Assembly: GCA_016748015.1 (NCBI GenBank)
Contig: JAAOMT010000523.1
Location: forward strand, 248,001 to 312,000
DNA length: 64,000 nucleotides
Origin: Geosiphon pyriformis uo1
Lineage: Eukaryota > Fungi > Glomeromycota
Direction: 5' to 3'
Every line of letters starts with the position of its first letter. Positions within the stretch are counted from its first letter, which is position 1. The position numbers were made by a program, and so were the translations under genes. Of this stretch, positions 1-12,496 are shown piece after piece. The notes beneath the pieces are model-generated. The model made no database searches, was not told the origin of the DNA, and saw nothing but the letters and a program-made list of their open reading frames with translations.

Positions 1-845
1 TGGAAAGAAAACAAATCTGATACTACACATTAGAACAATTTATTAATTACACACAAAATTTCAAAACTACTCAGAAATATTGCTATATCTCAACATGGAA
101 ACAATAATTATTAACCAGTGAGAGAGAATGAACAACTTACAAATCGAAAATATAAGAAACAGAATTGAATAAACAATATTAGAAAGAGAAGTTATGAACC
201 TAATTCAAAATAAAAATTTTAACAGAGCTTAATATTAAAAAGAGGAGATAATATTACTTATAGAAAAAACATACAAGAAAATAGTAGGAAAAACAAATAA
301 ACCAATAAGAAAATAATAATTAACACATAAGCACATTGCTTGAAAAATTATAGCACATCACTCAAAAATATAAGTGATTTTATAGAACTCAAATTATGTA
401 TATATAGCAAGAATGTTAGAAGCAAAAAAGACAAAATTCTCAAATAGAATTGATACTAAGATCTTTTAGTTAAAACATCTTAGCTAGAATTATTAATATT
501 AATAAATAATTATTTACTATCTAAATTACTTTCCACATTATCAACATTTTATGTTAATAGTATCTAATGCTTGATTATACTGAAACAATAGCTCTTAATC
601 ACAACTATTGATAAGATACTAATTTTTCTTGCCTTGGCTTATTTCTTTATTTTTTTTGTTATTTACTAATTAATAAAAAGAATTAACATGTGAGATACTA
701 ACATCAAGATATAGCACTGGTAAAAATCTAGGCATAAAGGTAAACACTCAGATTTGAAAATAGCTTATTAAGAGATTGTCAGCCATTATGCCAAGAAAAG
801 AATTGATGGAATTGCAATTTTGAGAAGTGGTGGACAACAAAGCAT

Positions 846-1719
846 TGTTACAGGATGGTTTTCTTGTTATATTTAATTGCTGATATCCCATTTTAATTGC
901 AATCAGTCTTTCGTGAGTTCCTCAATTCTATTTGTGTGATAATGTTACTGTTATACTGAAGGCTTTTTTTTTAATGTTGTGATGTAAGTTATTCTTCAAT
1001 TCCTGATTGTTGTGTGTGTTTATGTACTTCTTCTCAGAGGCTGAACTGAAATCTACCCACTGTCTGGGGTCTTCTCTGAGGCTATCCTTGCAATTGCCTG
1101 ATGTGTTTTTCTAATCTAGAAACACAGAATGTTAATGGTCTTTAGCACTTTTTCTAATTCTTACAATAAAGCTTTTATCAATTAGTAACAATGTAAATAA
1201 TCTTGATCAAGAATTATTCTTCCAAAAGATTCAGTTGATGAATAATAGTTTTATTCAATAAATAATAAAAGTAAGTTTCTTAATACTTTGGGTTATGATA
1301 ATTTAGTTTTAAATATTCTTTTTCATTTCTTTTTAATTTAAAGGTTTCTTGGGATATTTAATTTGAAAGTATGATTTAAAGTGGAGTTTGTTAGATAAAA
1401 TTGGATCTATTGCTTGATAAGTTATGATTTTTATTACTTTATTTCTTTTCCTAATATTAAAACTACTGTATATATACATGTTTGTAGTTCTATGAGAAAA
1501 CACATTGTAATACTTTCTTTTTGATATTTCAATCTGGTGTTTTCTGCTATCACCAGTTAGTGTTGGCTGCTATTGTGAACTGGTGCTTGCCACTATCGCG
1601 AGATGGTATTTGCTATTATGTTAATCATTACTTTTCTAAGATTATTACTGCGCTATATTATGATTGAATAGTTTGTATTATTTTTATGATTCTTTTTGCT
1701 AAATTTTTAAACCATAACA
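846..1719 (-). repeat. 3' LTR of Gypsy A1 (874 bp)
   Basis: TGTTACA..ATAACA; near-identical to 9338-10042, 26645-27410 and 36129-36994. Confidence 0.95.
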
Positions 1720-1734
1720 TTATCCCCTCCTTTC
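1720..1734 (-). promoter_or_regulatory. Polypurine tract of Gypsy A1
   Basis: GAAAGGAGGGGATAA on the minus strand, immediately before the TG of the 3' LTR. Confidence 0.9.
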
Positions 1735-2136
1735 AAAATTGAGCTTCGTCGAAATTGAAGTTAATTTCTTCATTAAATTCTAAGTTACTATAGTGGTTCA
1801 ATACTGTGTTATTAATTTGTTGTTGTAATTCTTGAAATTGCGAATTGGTAAGTCATCTAATACTGTTGGTTGTTATTATGTTTATGGTTGGGTCCAACAA
1901 TAATTTGTGACAGTTTTCAAATGCTTTGAAAATTCTGTAAACTGTTTTTGAATGGAATGTAGTGTTGGTTTTTCCAATGAAAGGTTCTAATAGTTGAATA
2001 GTTGTTTTGTCAAACACTCTAGTTGAGTCTTTTGAGTATAATGTTTGTATGNNNNNNNNNNNNNNNNNNNNNNNNNNNNAATCTTTTGCATTGTTTTTAT
2101 GGTTGTTAAATCATTTTTGCCGTGATCTAAGATTAA

Positions 2137-3516
2137 TTATCTTTTTGAATAATGTTCAATTAAAACTATTGGTTCTAAATCTCGTGGAATTTGTTCTGGT
2201 AGAATTAAAGGTAATTGTGTTCCAATTCTGGGTGTTTTTGTTGTTATTACTGGTTTACTGTAATAGAATTTCAGCTGGTTACCATGTGCTGTTTTTCTTA
2301 ATATTTTATTATCTAGTCTTAGCTTGTATGCTCTATTTCCAAGTATTTCGTGAATATAAAATAGTTCATCCCACTTGTGATCAAATTTTCTACTCCACTG
2401 TTTTTCCATTTTTGTACGATGCAACAATACTTTATCTCCAATTTTGTAGCTAATTATATTATCTGGTAACTGGTTATCATGTCTCACTTTTTGTTGTTCT
2501 TGTGATTGTTCAATATTTTGTGCTGCTTTTCTTCTTTTGTTTTCTAAAGTTCCCATTAATTTATATGTTCTTCTAAGTAGTGTTTCTTGGAATGTTGCTT
2601 CTGTGATAGTGTCACTTGGATAAGTTGGAATAGTAAGTTCAACTGATAATGTGGCTTTTCTTCCATAAACTAGTTCAAATAGTGTGAATTGTGTAGTATC
2701 TTGTTTTACTGTTCTATATGCTAGTAGTACTGCTGGTATGAACAAATCCTATTCTTTTTCATGTTCGTTACTAATTTTTGCCAGTGATTCGCATAATGTG
2801 CAATTAAATTTTTCAACTAATCCATTTGTTTGAGAGTGGTATGATGATGACAGTGGTCACTTGATTCCAAATTTTTGGCTAAGTTTTTTTAAGGTGCTGT
2901 TTACGAAGTGTGTGTCTTGATCTGATAACAATTCTTGTGGACATCCATGTTGGCAAATTAAGTCTTCATGTACAAATTGAGCTACGAAAATAGCATCAGC
3001 TGTTTTAATAGCTCTAGCTTCTGGCCATTTGGTGAGATAGTCTATGGCTACTGCAATATAACAGTTGTTTCTTGTTGTTATTGGTAAAAGTCCAACTAAA
3101 TCAATTCTGATTCTGTCAAATGGCTGTTCAACTTTTATTGGTCTTAATAAATCTGTTGTTTTTGCTCCTCTTCTTTGTTGGCATGGGTCACAATTTCTTA
3201 TGTATTGGATTATGTCTGAACTCATTTTTGGCCAATAGTAATGGCTAGTTGCACATTGGATGATTGCTGTTTTTCCAAAGTGGCCTGAATAAATATCTGA
3301 GTGCATGTTAAATAAGATAGTTTCTTTTTCATCTGTGGTTATAACTCTTAATGGATTATCTGGATTTTGTTGATTCTGGTAATAAAGTATGTGATTTTGG
3401 ATGAAATAGTGTTTTGCTAATTTTTGGAGCTTAATTAGCTCTTTTACTGACATTTCTTCGTCTATTTGTAATGTTTCCAAGTATTGGCTGAGGTTTTTGT
3501 AAAGGTGGTTGTTCAT
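2137..3516 (-). pseudogene. Retrotransposon integrase (HHCC zinc finger, DDE core, GPF/Y module), separate ORF with internal stops
   Basis: MHS..GHFG..YYWP..CDPCQ; IDLVG, DYLTKWPEA, LSDQ; WD(G/E)xFYIHEILGN; own ATG at 3516. Confidence 0.92.
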
Positions 3517-3545
3517 TGTTGTTGTGGTGGGTGGGTTGGTGATTT

Positions 3546-6500
3546 TTATGTGTGTTTTATTTTTGACAAACAGTCAGCATTAGCATTTTTGGTACCTTCT
3601 TTGTATTTGATAATATAATTGTATGGTGTTAACATTTGTGACCATCTGGCGTATTTTCTTTTTAGCGCTTTCTTGTTATTTAACCAGACCAGATCTCTAT
3701 GATCTGTCGTAATCTCAAAGAGTTGGTACTGTAAATATGTGTCAAAGTGAACACAACTCCAGATTACTGCTAAGCATTCAAGTTCATGTGCTGCATAGTT
3801 TTGTTCTGCCATACTGAGACTTCTGCTGGCATAAGTGATTACACGTTCTCTTCCATTATCATCTTTTTGTGACAGAATGGCTCCAAGTCTAGTTCCAGAG
3901 GCATCTGTGGCCAAAATGAATTTCTTGTTGAAATTCAGATAGATCATTATTAGTGATTCAATGAGCTTTCGTCTAAGGTACTCAAAAGCTTTTTGTTGTG
4001 CTTCAGTCCATTTAAACTTCACATTTTTGGATAGTAGGTAATTAAGAGGTTTGGTGATGTTTGAAAAGTTTTCTACAAAGCAGCAGTAGTAAGATGCAAG
4101 TCCTAAAAAGCTTCTAACTTCTAAAACGTTTCGAGGTACTGGAAAATTTTTTACTTTGTCTATTTTTGATGGATCTGGTTTTATTCCATCTTTTCCAACT
4201 ATGTGTCCTAAAAATGCTAGCTCATTTTTCCCAAAGAAACATTTTTCTAGATTTAGTTTAAGTCCAGCATGTCTCAATCTCTCAAAAACTTGTTGTAAAT
4301 GTTGGAGATGATCCATGAATTTTGACAAGAAAACATTTGTATCATCGAAGTAGACAACAATGGATTGCCACAGGATTCTAGAGTAAATTACATCCATTAG
4401 TTTTTAGAATGTTGCAGGAGTGTTTGTTAATCTAAATGGCATTACATTGAACTCATAATTGTCATTTTGTGTTGTAAATGATGTTTTATGCCTGTCTTTT
4501 GGGTCTATTTCTACTTGCCAGTACCCATTGGTCAAATCCAGTGTAGAAAACCATTTTGCTTCTTCAAAAACATCAAAGATTTTGTCAATTAACGGTATTG
4601 GATATGAGTCTTTGGTTGTTTTGCTGTTTAGTTTGCAATAGTTGATGCAAAATCTAATTTTTCTATTCTTTTTTCTTACTAAAACAACTGGTGAAGACTA
4701 TGGGCTCATTGATGGTTGTATTATTCCTTTTTCCAACATGCTTTGGACTTCTTCTCTGATAAAATTATGCTCCATTGGTGGGACACAGTAAGCATGTTGT
4801 TTTTCAGGTCTGGCATCTCCAGTGGGGATTTGGTGTTGAACCAAGTTGATTCTTCTAAATTTGCTATTTTGTGAAAATATATCAGAGTATTTTAAAATTA
4901 ATGCTTTTAATTGTTGCTGTTGGTCAGGATTCATTGTTCCAATGTTTAATTTGGCCAATTTTTCTGGTGTAAATTAATAACATTCTAATGGTTGTTGCCA
5001 ATTTATTGAAGTGAGTTCACAGTAGAGGGCAATTTCTGGGAAATTTAGAATTTCTTGTGGTGTTGACGCGTTTTCTAGCTCTGTTCCGAGATATCCAATG
5101 ATGGTATCTTCCAGAATGTAAATGGGTTCTTCTGTGGTGTTTGCAATAGAAATTTTTATCCATTGAGCTTTATCAGCTGAAATAAAAAAGTCAGTAAGTC
5201 CTATAAGAAACTGTTGGTAAGTTTCTGGGTAAGACTCGAATATTAGGTCTTTTTCTTTAATTGTCTTTTTTATTCTTATTTCTGATTTTCCATATGGTAG
5301 GAGCATGATGAACCGCTCATTTTTAATTACTTCGCCTTTTTCCTCTATTGTTTTAGTGAAATTCACTTCAATTCTTTTTCCTGTCAATCCGAAACCAAAA
5401 GTTCCTCTCGTTGTTTATGACAATTTTTCACAATTTTCCACTGGCACGAATTTCCCAATTTTTACCAATGATAGGAAAATTGCTTGTGCAATCTTTTCCT
5501 TAGATTCAATGGTATAAGGCTTTTTTGAATTGTTCTGTAGCAAAACCATCAAATTTCCAGTGTATCCGGAGTCAATTACTCCTCCTTGAATGCTTATTTC
5601 TTTTTTTGCGAGGCTTGATCGTGACGCTATTTGAACCATTATTCCTGGTGGAATTTCAACCGCTATTTTTAGGTTGATTTTGGTGATGCTTCTGGGTGGT
5701 AATGTTGTGGATTGGTCTTCCGGATTATGTAGATCGAATCCGGCATCAGTTGGATGGGCTCTTTCGGGTATTATTCCTAAGTGCCTGTTGTCGAAGTATT
5801 GGATGTTGGTTACCTATTCTAGGTTGGTATAGGCTACAAATTTTTCTGACTTGGGACCGTCAGGTGAGTTTTGTTGATTTATTGATTGATTTTGAGACTG
5901 CTGATTCTCAATTTTCATTTTTCTTTCTAAGTCCCTTTCATTTTGACACTCTTCACAGCACTGATTTTGGCATGGGATGAGACAGTTTTCACAGAGGTAA
6001 GTGTTGATTTAGGCGAGGTATTGTTCTTGCTCTTGTCGAGTGGGGCATAGTTGTTGGTAGTAGTCCTGGAATTTGTCTACTGGGTTGAACATGTTGTAGC
6101 TGGCAACTTTGTCGGCTACTTTGGCTGACTCTTTCCAATGTCATATTTCTTCAGCAGTTCCTCCTCTTACTTTGGCTTGTGCGGTATTGTACAACTCGTC
6201 TTTGTCATGTGGGTAGTGCTGTAGTCTTTTTAACGCTCTGTTGAACACTGCTTTAAATGGCATTCCTCTTCTTACCCAGTCATAGATGAGGATTGTGTAT
6301 TGGCAAGTTGTGTCACACGTTCCTCTTCTGCCTGGTATGTCGTTCCAGTCGCACCCTCTTGGTAATGGTTCTCCACAAGCAAGACACGGTTCTTTGTCCC
6401 ATTTTCCATGTCTTTCTGGGTAACCGTATTTTTCTTTGTTATAATGGTTACAATAGTAGTGGGTGGAGTTTCTTGGGTCTTCATCTGGTGCACTGCATGC

Positions 6501-9255
6501 AGTCATAGACAAGAGTTTTTTCTTGTAAACTGAGCATTCTAGCTTTGGTCTGCATCGCTGGTGGTTTCTTCGTGAACTTACCTGGTTCCATTCGGATCTT
6601 TCTTCGCTGGTCCACATTGGTATGGCTGGTAGTTCTGTTCTTTGGTCATCAGCCCAAGAGAGCTAATAGGTTTCAATGGCTGGTAGTACTGGATTTTCCT
6701 CAAATTCGAAGGTAGGTCTTTGGTTGGTGCTGGGTTTTTAGAAGTGGCCACAGGTGGCTGGAATTTTGGCCTGGTGGCTATTATAATTGATCAGAAGCTC
6801 TTGGGTGGTCCAGTCTAGAGTGGCATTGGCTTTTGTTAGCCAGTCATTCTCTACTAATGCTTAATATTGTGTAGCATCCATTACTAATACTTTTATAGAT
6901 ATTACTATGCCGTTAATTTTGAAAGGAAATAAGTCGATTTCGCCATGAAACAGCTTTGTACTTCCATCAGCTGTTATGATTTGAGACGTCGCGGCACAAT
7001 CAACTTTGAAACCCAGTTGGTTTACTAGTTGAAGTGTTACGATGCTTCCAGCGGATCTGCTGTCTAAGATAAGTTTGATTGAGGTATTGTTTACAGTGGC
7101 TTCCGTATATATAGCAGTAATTGGGCGTTTTTCATCCAATGCTGTTTCACTGAACATAGCCTCGTTTTCCTTTAATTTAAAAGGAAAAATAGCTGCGAGG
7201 CTGCTATCTTTGGTGGCAACTGCTGGTGGTATTGTCTGGCTTAATTTGTTGGAGGAATTCTTGGTTCTGTTTATGTTTCTACCATAATTATTTCTGATGA
7301 TCAGATTTTCTGGTATATTAAAGTAAGTTTGTTGATAATTTTGGTAGTTTGGATTGGTTTGCTGATTGGTTTCGGCGTGGTTTGGATTTCTCTGGACCAA
7401 CACATTCTGGTTCCACATGGGCTGATTTCGGGCCTTGGGATGCCAATTCAGGTTGGCTATTATGGGCTGTTGCTGGTAAGCTCCTTGATTTTGATATGTA
7501 GTGGGATATTGGCGTGATATTGGCATGTACTGGTTTCTGGGCATTTGGAGTGGCGCGTAGTAATTATTTTCGCATGCTTCCTGCATCATTCGCATTCAAC
7601 ATTGACTAATCAAATGTCCTATGCGTTTGCAAAAATGGCAGGCGCACGTTTCTGTTTTGAATTCCTGGTGCGACGAGTGATTATTTCGACTGTCACTGAC
7701 TTCTTGGCTGCATCTTTGGGATGGTTGATATGTATTTCTTCTTGGATCTGGGATGAGGTAACTTTCTATTTTCTTAGAGAGTTCCTCCCCTAATTGCATT
7801 ACTCTTTTTTCTAATGTTTCTGTCTTATTTTTCTCCATTACCATGTTAACTATTTGACTATGGTTAGCTTCTTTCTCAGCCGATTCAAGAGCTCTGGTGA
7901 GTGTAACAGCTTCTGGTAAGGAATTAGGGTGGGCAGGGCGTACTTTTCCTAAAATGCTGCTTTTTAATCCTCTAATAAACTGATTTAAAACCTGAGAATC
8001 AGTGTAGTATCCTTGTTCAATCACTTCAATCTGACAGCGAATTCGATTGAATCGAGCAAGGTATTGGGTGACAGTTTCACTGGTATTTTGCTTGATAGTA
8101 TTGAATTCATTCTGTAGTTGGATTACAGCATTTGGGTCGCTAAAATACTTCAGGAGTGCATTTTTAAATTCGGCGAAGCTCGTGGGTTTTGTTTTCAGGC
8201 TTTGATACCACGAGTCAGCTGTGCCTTTCAGGAAGAAAGATAATGTTTGAATTGCTCTTTGGTCATTCTAGTTATTTGCCTGGATGGCTTTTTGTGCTTC
8301 TCTGAGCCATGTGTGTATGTCCATTTTTTCTTCCTCTCCTAAGAAATCTGTTAGTCTTGCAATGTATGGTGTGGTCATTTTGTTGCCATTTTCTGCTGGT
8401 GGGCTTATTGGTCTAAGAGGAGGTGGGATGATATTTCCTTGAGCATTCCTAAAGGTGGCTTCCCTTATATCCGGTTCTTCCTCTTGATCATGAGTTTCTT
8501 GGTTTCTGGACTGGCTGCTTGTTCTAGTGACTGGTCTTGTGATTGTTTTTTCACTGGTCTCTTTTTTGGATTCCAATTCAAACTCCTCTTCACAGTTTTC
8601 AAACCCCATTCTAAATTTTGACTGAAAAAGAGGGTTTTGGAATAGTGATGAATATCCTCTTGTAATTGGTATGTCTCCCCAGTTACATTGTTTATTTTAT
8701 CAGTATAACTAGGAGTTCTTGGCATTTGTGGAGTTGATGTTGATAATGATGCAGCTCCTAATGGAATTTGTATCTTATTTTCTGGTGAAAATGGTATGAT
8801 TTATCTTCTGGTAAATAAATACGTTGTTTCTTTATTGATTGAATGACAGTTTTCTTTGGTGTTTAAGCTGGTGTTTTTAGTTTTTGCTGGTTACTTTTCT
8901 GATTAATTTCTAAATTTTCTTTGGTTTTGTTGGTGCATTCTCTAGTGTTTCCTGTAGATATTGGAAAATTTTCGTTGGCATATTGCTTAATTTCTCGATG
9001 GATTTTGACAATAGTTGTGGCTATTACTGCTACTTTTTTTGTAGTATATTGTGATAATTTTCTATACAATCCAAGTTTTGCGTTGTGTGGTTCTTCTTCC
9101 TTTCCTATATGATAATTTATTCTGGCATTGATATAATAAGTGAGGGCAGATTCTGCTGGACAACACCCTTCTGGTAATCTAAGATCACTTTGATTTTGTG
9201 TGTAAATAGCATGGCAGAATTCAAGAACAGTAAGATTAGGGGTTTTTGTCGCCAC
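3546..9255 (-). pseudogene. Gag-PR-Cys-rich-dUTPase-RT-RNase H polyprotein of Gypsy A1, broken by stops and indels
   Basis: CHFCKRIGHLISQC knuckle; LILDS(G/R)S protease; DAGFDL/SRSSLA/GVIDSGYTG/IAQAIF/RGTFGFG dUTPase motifs; YFDDT RT; ATDAS..ELECLAV..TDH..NANADCLS RNase H. Confidence 0.92.
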
Positions 9256-9318
9256 TTTTGTTTCTTCCTTTTTAGCAATGAATTATTGCTAATTATTATT
9301 TCTTTTTTGATTTTCTTT

Positions 9319-9335
9319 CCTCGTAGGGTTTACCA
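9319..9335 (-). promoter_or_regulatory. Primer-binding site of Gypsy A1 (tRNA not identified)
   Basis: TGGTAAACCCTACGAGG 2 nt after the 5' LTR end; same site at 36110-36126. Confidence 0.8.
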
Positions 9336-9337
9336 AA

Positions 9338-10042
9338 TGTTACGGGATGGTTTTCTTGTTATANNNNNNNNNNNNNNNNNNNNTGTCTGAGGTCTTCTCT
9401 GAGGCTATCCTTGCAATTGCCTGATGTGTTTTTCTAATCTAGAAACACAGAATGTTAATGGTCTTTAGTGCTTTTTCTAATTCTTACAATAAAGCTTTTA
9501 TCAATTAGTAACAATGTAAATAATCTTGATCAAAGATTATTCTTCCAAGAGATTCAGTTGATGAATGATAGTTTTATTCAATAAATAATACAAGTAAGTT
9601 TCTTAATACTTTGGGTTGTGATAATTTAGTTTTAAATATTTTTTTTCATTTCTTTTTGATTTAAAGGTTTCTTGGGATATTTAATTTGAAAGTATGATTT
9701 AAAGTGGAGTTTTTTGGATAAAATTGGATCTATTGCTTGATAAGTTATGATTTTTATTACTTTATTTCTTTTCCTAATATTAAAACTACTGTATATATAC
9801 ATGTTTGTAGTTCTACGAGAAAATACATTGTAATACTTTCTTTTTGATATTTCAACCTGGTGTTTGCTGCTATCACCAGTTGGTGTTGGCTGCTATTGTG
9901 AACTGGTGCTTGCCACTATCACGAGATGGTATTTGCTACTATGTTAATTATTACTTTTCTAAGATTATTACTGCGCTATATTATGATTGAATAGTTTGTA
10001 TTATTTTTATGATTCTTTTTGCTAAATTTTTAAACTGTAACA
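9338..10042 (-). repeat. 5' LTR of Gypsy A1 (contains N gap)
   Basis: Matches 846-1719, including a ~10-bp indel diagnostic of copy A1. Confidence 0.93.
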
Positions 10043-12496
10043 GCATACCAACTTGAGGATTAAAAAAGTTAGAAACATTACACTAAAATACCAACATTGA
10101 ATCTCTGTTTATTATATAAAAAACTCAACCAAAACCTTCAGATCATAAAATCTTCAGATAATACCAATTATAGCAACTATTAAGCACCAAGTTACAGGTT
10201 TGTTATTTGATCTGAAACCCCAAATAATCACTTGTAACAGCTTTTATATAAAGAGTAGCTTTATCACCAAAACCAGAAAAAAACAAGCAAAATATATGGA
10301 AACCAAAACTAACTCCAAAGGAATTATCAATACTAATTAATTTAACCATATTATCCAATAGAACCAGTATCAAGCCAACAGATATCACAGACACCATTCC
10401 TGAATTATCAATTAAATTATTTCTCTTTATATTTACCTTAAATCTAGACCTGAATTCTCACAACTTAGAATGATGTCATATATCCAAACTATGCACAAAA
10501 TCAACCAAGATCTAAACAGCCTTCTTATAATCTTCAAAAATCTGCACTGTCTTTTCAAACCACCTTACAAGTACAAAGCCTTTGCAAAGAAGTGCATACA
10601 GGCCAATATCAGATAAACATGAAAGAAGAGATTCCACAACTACAGAAGGAGTAAAAAAACAAGAACCAGCCAAAGACTTTCAAAATAAAATATGTTTAAA
10701 CAAAATTGTCTTATAAGAAACAAACTCCTTACTACACATAAACATGTAATCAAAAAACTCAATTTTTTCACAATATAAACATAAAACACCAAGATAACAT
10801 TTGTCATAAAGCCTTTTCCTAATAGCAACAGGCAGTTTTTCATAGACAGCCTTCATAAAATAAGTATGTAAACCAGCTAAAGCCCTGTTTGTAGACTTTA
10901 ACAGCATGTGTAAATTTGAATATCAAACTGCCATAATATAGACCCAATTAACATTATAAACCAAAAAACCATCTAAAACTCTAGAACCAAGACCAATTTT
11001 CCAATGCACATGATTTACTAACTTAAAAATGTCCTAAACAAAATAACTAATGTTATTAAAAACCAGCAGATTATTAGCCACAATAAAGCATTCATACACA
11101 TTAGTTAGCAACAGCAAAGAAAAGTAAGCAGCTACTATTGCCAAAGCATCTGTGCAAACATTACTTATATTTGAATGATTTCTAACCTTTGACCAGACTA
11201 CAGAGATGTTCTTATTAACAATCAAATTTACAATATGTCTTTTTTTTATTCAACAACTACTATAAAAATCAAGACCAAATAACTTCAACTCCAAAACACA
11301 TGCATCCAATACAGCTTGACTGTTTAAACACATCACCACCAAATAATAAGAGAACATGCATTCCAAAACCAAAGCAACAGTCTGTAATTCAGCTATCATA
11401 GAAGACAAAAACCCATCAATCCTAATTTCAAAGCCCGAATCAATTTCAAAAAAAAATGCAATAGCACTCCTAGCCATATTAACAGAACTGAGCTCTTTTA
11501 AGAAACTATTCATATATACAGTAAAAGTATTTAATTAAATCTTAAGCAGACCATCTTTAATATCAAAAAACTAACCAGATAACAAAACATTATTAATATC
11601 CAACACAAAATTTTTGTTAAAAGACACTAACATGAACACAAAATTGTATAAAAACTTTAATACCAAAATAAACCAAGAAGACACAAGTCCTCTGGGGTCC
11701 AATCTCTTTCAATGTTGGAATGTTTTTCAATCTAAAACTCTACCACATTTGTTCAAAAGTTTGTCACAGAAAGCCACACCAAATCTCTTTAAAGAATTAA
11801 CATGATCATAATACAATAATAGCTTCAAAACACTCAAAACAGAAAACCTGCCAGAACAAAAGAAAGCACAAGGCAAATTGCTTGCCATAGAAATATTATT
11901 GTCCAAAAAAACACACACAATTCCAGCCAAAAAATTGTTTAAAAAACTAACATATAACTATACTGGATATTGTAAGGAATTCAGAAGAATCTAGCCCAAA
12001 ATCTGCAAATCCAAAAATCTGTGCTCAAAAAACTGATTAAGAATCCCAGAAGTATTAGCAAAAATAACAACTGAAACTGACTTCCTCTCAGTCTGAACCT
12101 GCTTGAACATTTTCAGACTATACAATAAAAGATGATACAGCACTTCATTTGGAAAATCATAGGGCAGCCCAGTCTTTGACTTAAAATCTTCCCTAACCAA
12201 AACATCCCAATGCTGGCAAACAATAGAAGAAATAAAACTGAACTGAGTGTAGTAGTCAACAATAGACTGCAGAATTGCCAAGACCAAATACAAGAACTGT
12301 TTATCTGAAATAGTCTGTCTTAACATCATATTGGAAAAAAACTTTACATTAAACTAAGTCTTAATCAAACTGAGCTTAGATAAACCATCAGTAAACAAAA
12401 AAATACTCAAGTACTTGTAAGATACACCACATTTTGCAATTAAAATAAGAGACTCACTAATTCTAAAAACAGTATCTTTAATTCTCCTATTAATAA

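Larger units (their letters stand above)
846..10042 (-). mobile_element. Ty3/Gypsy LTR retrotransposon, family A copy 1 (full length, decayed)
   Basis: Direct LTRs 846-1719 and 9338-10042 with TG..CA ends; 4-bp TSD GCAT at 842-845 and 10043-10046; PBS, PPT; gag, PR, dUTPase, RT, RNase H, IN fragments in Gypsy order. Confidence 0.95.
1..10239 (+). mobile_element. LTR of family B-type (1-845 plus 10047-10239), split by Gypsy A1 and itself inserted at the 3' end of LINE-2 ORF2; its start lies left of the window
   Basis: 540-770 and 10095-10239 align with the solo LTR at 58726-59580 (caatagctct..ctattg hairpin; attgaatctctg..aaaaaactcaaccaaa..gcaccaagtta); ends ..TGTAACA at 10239. Confidence 0.75.
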
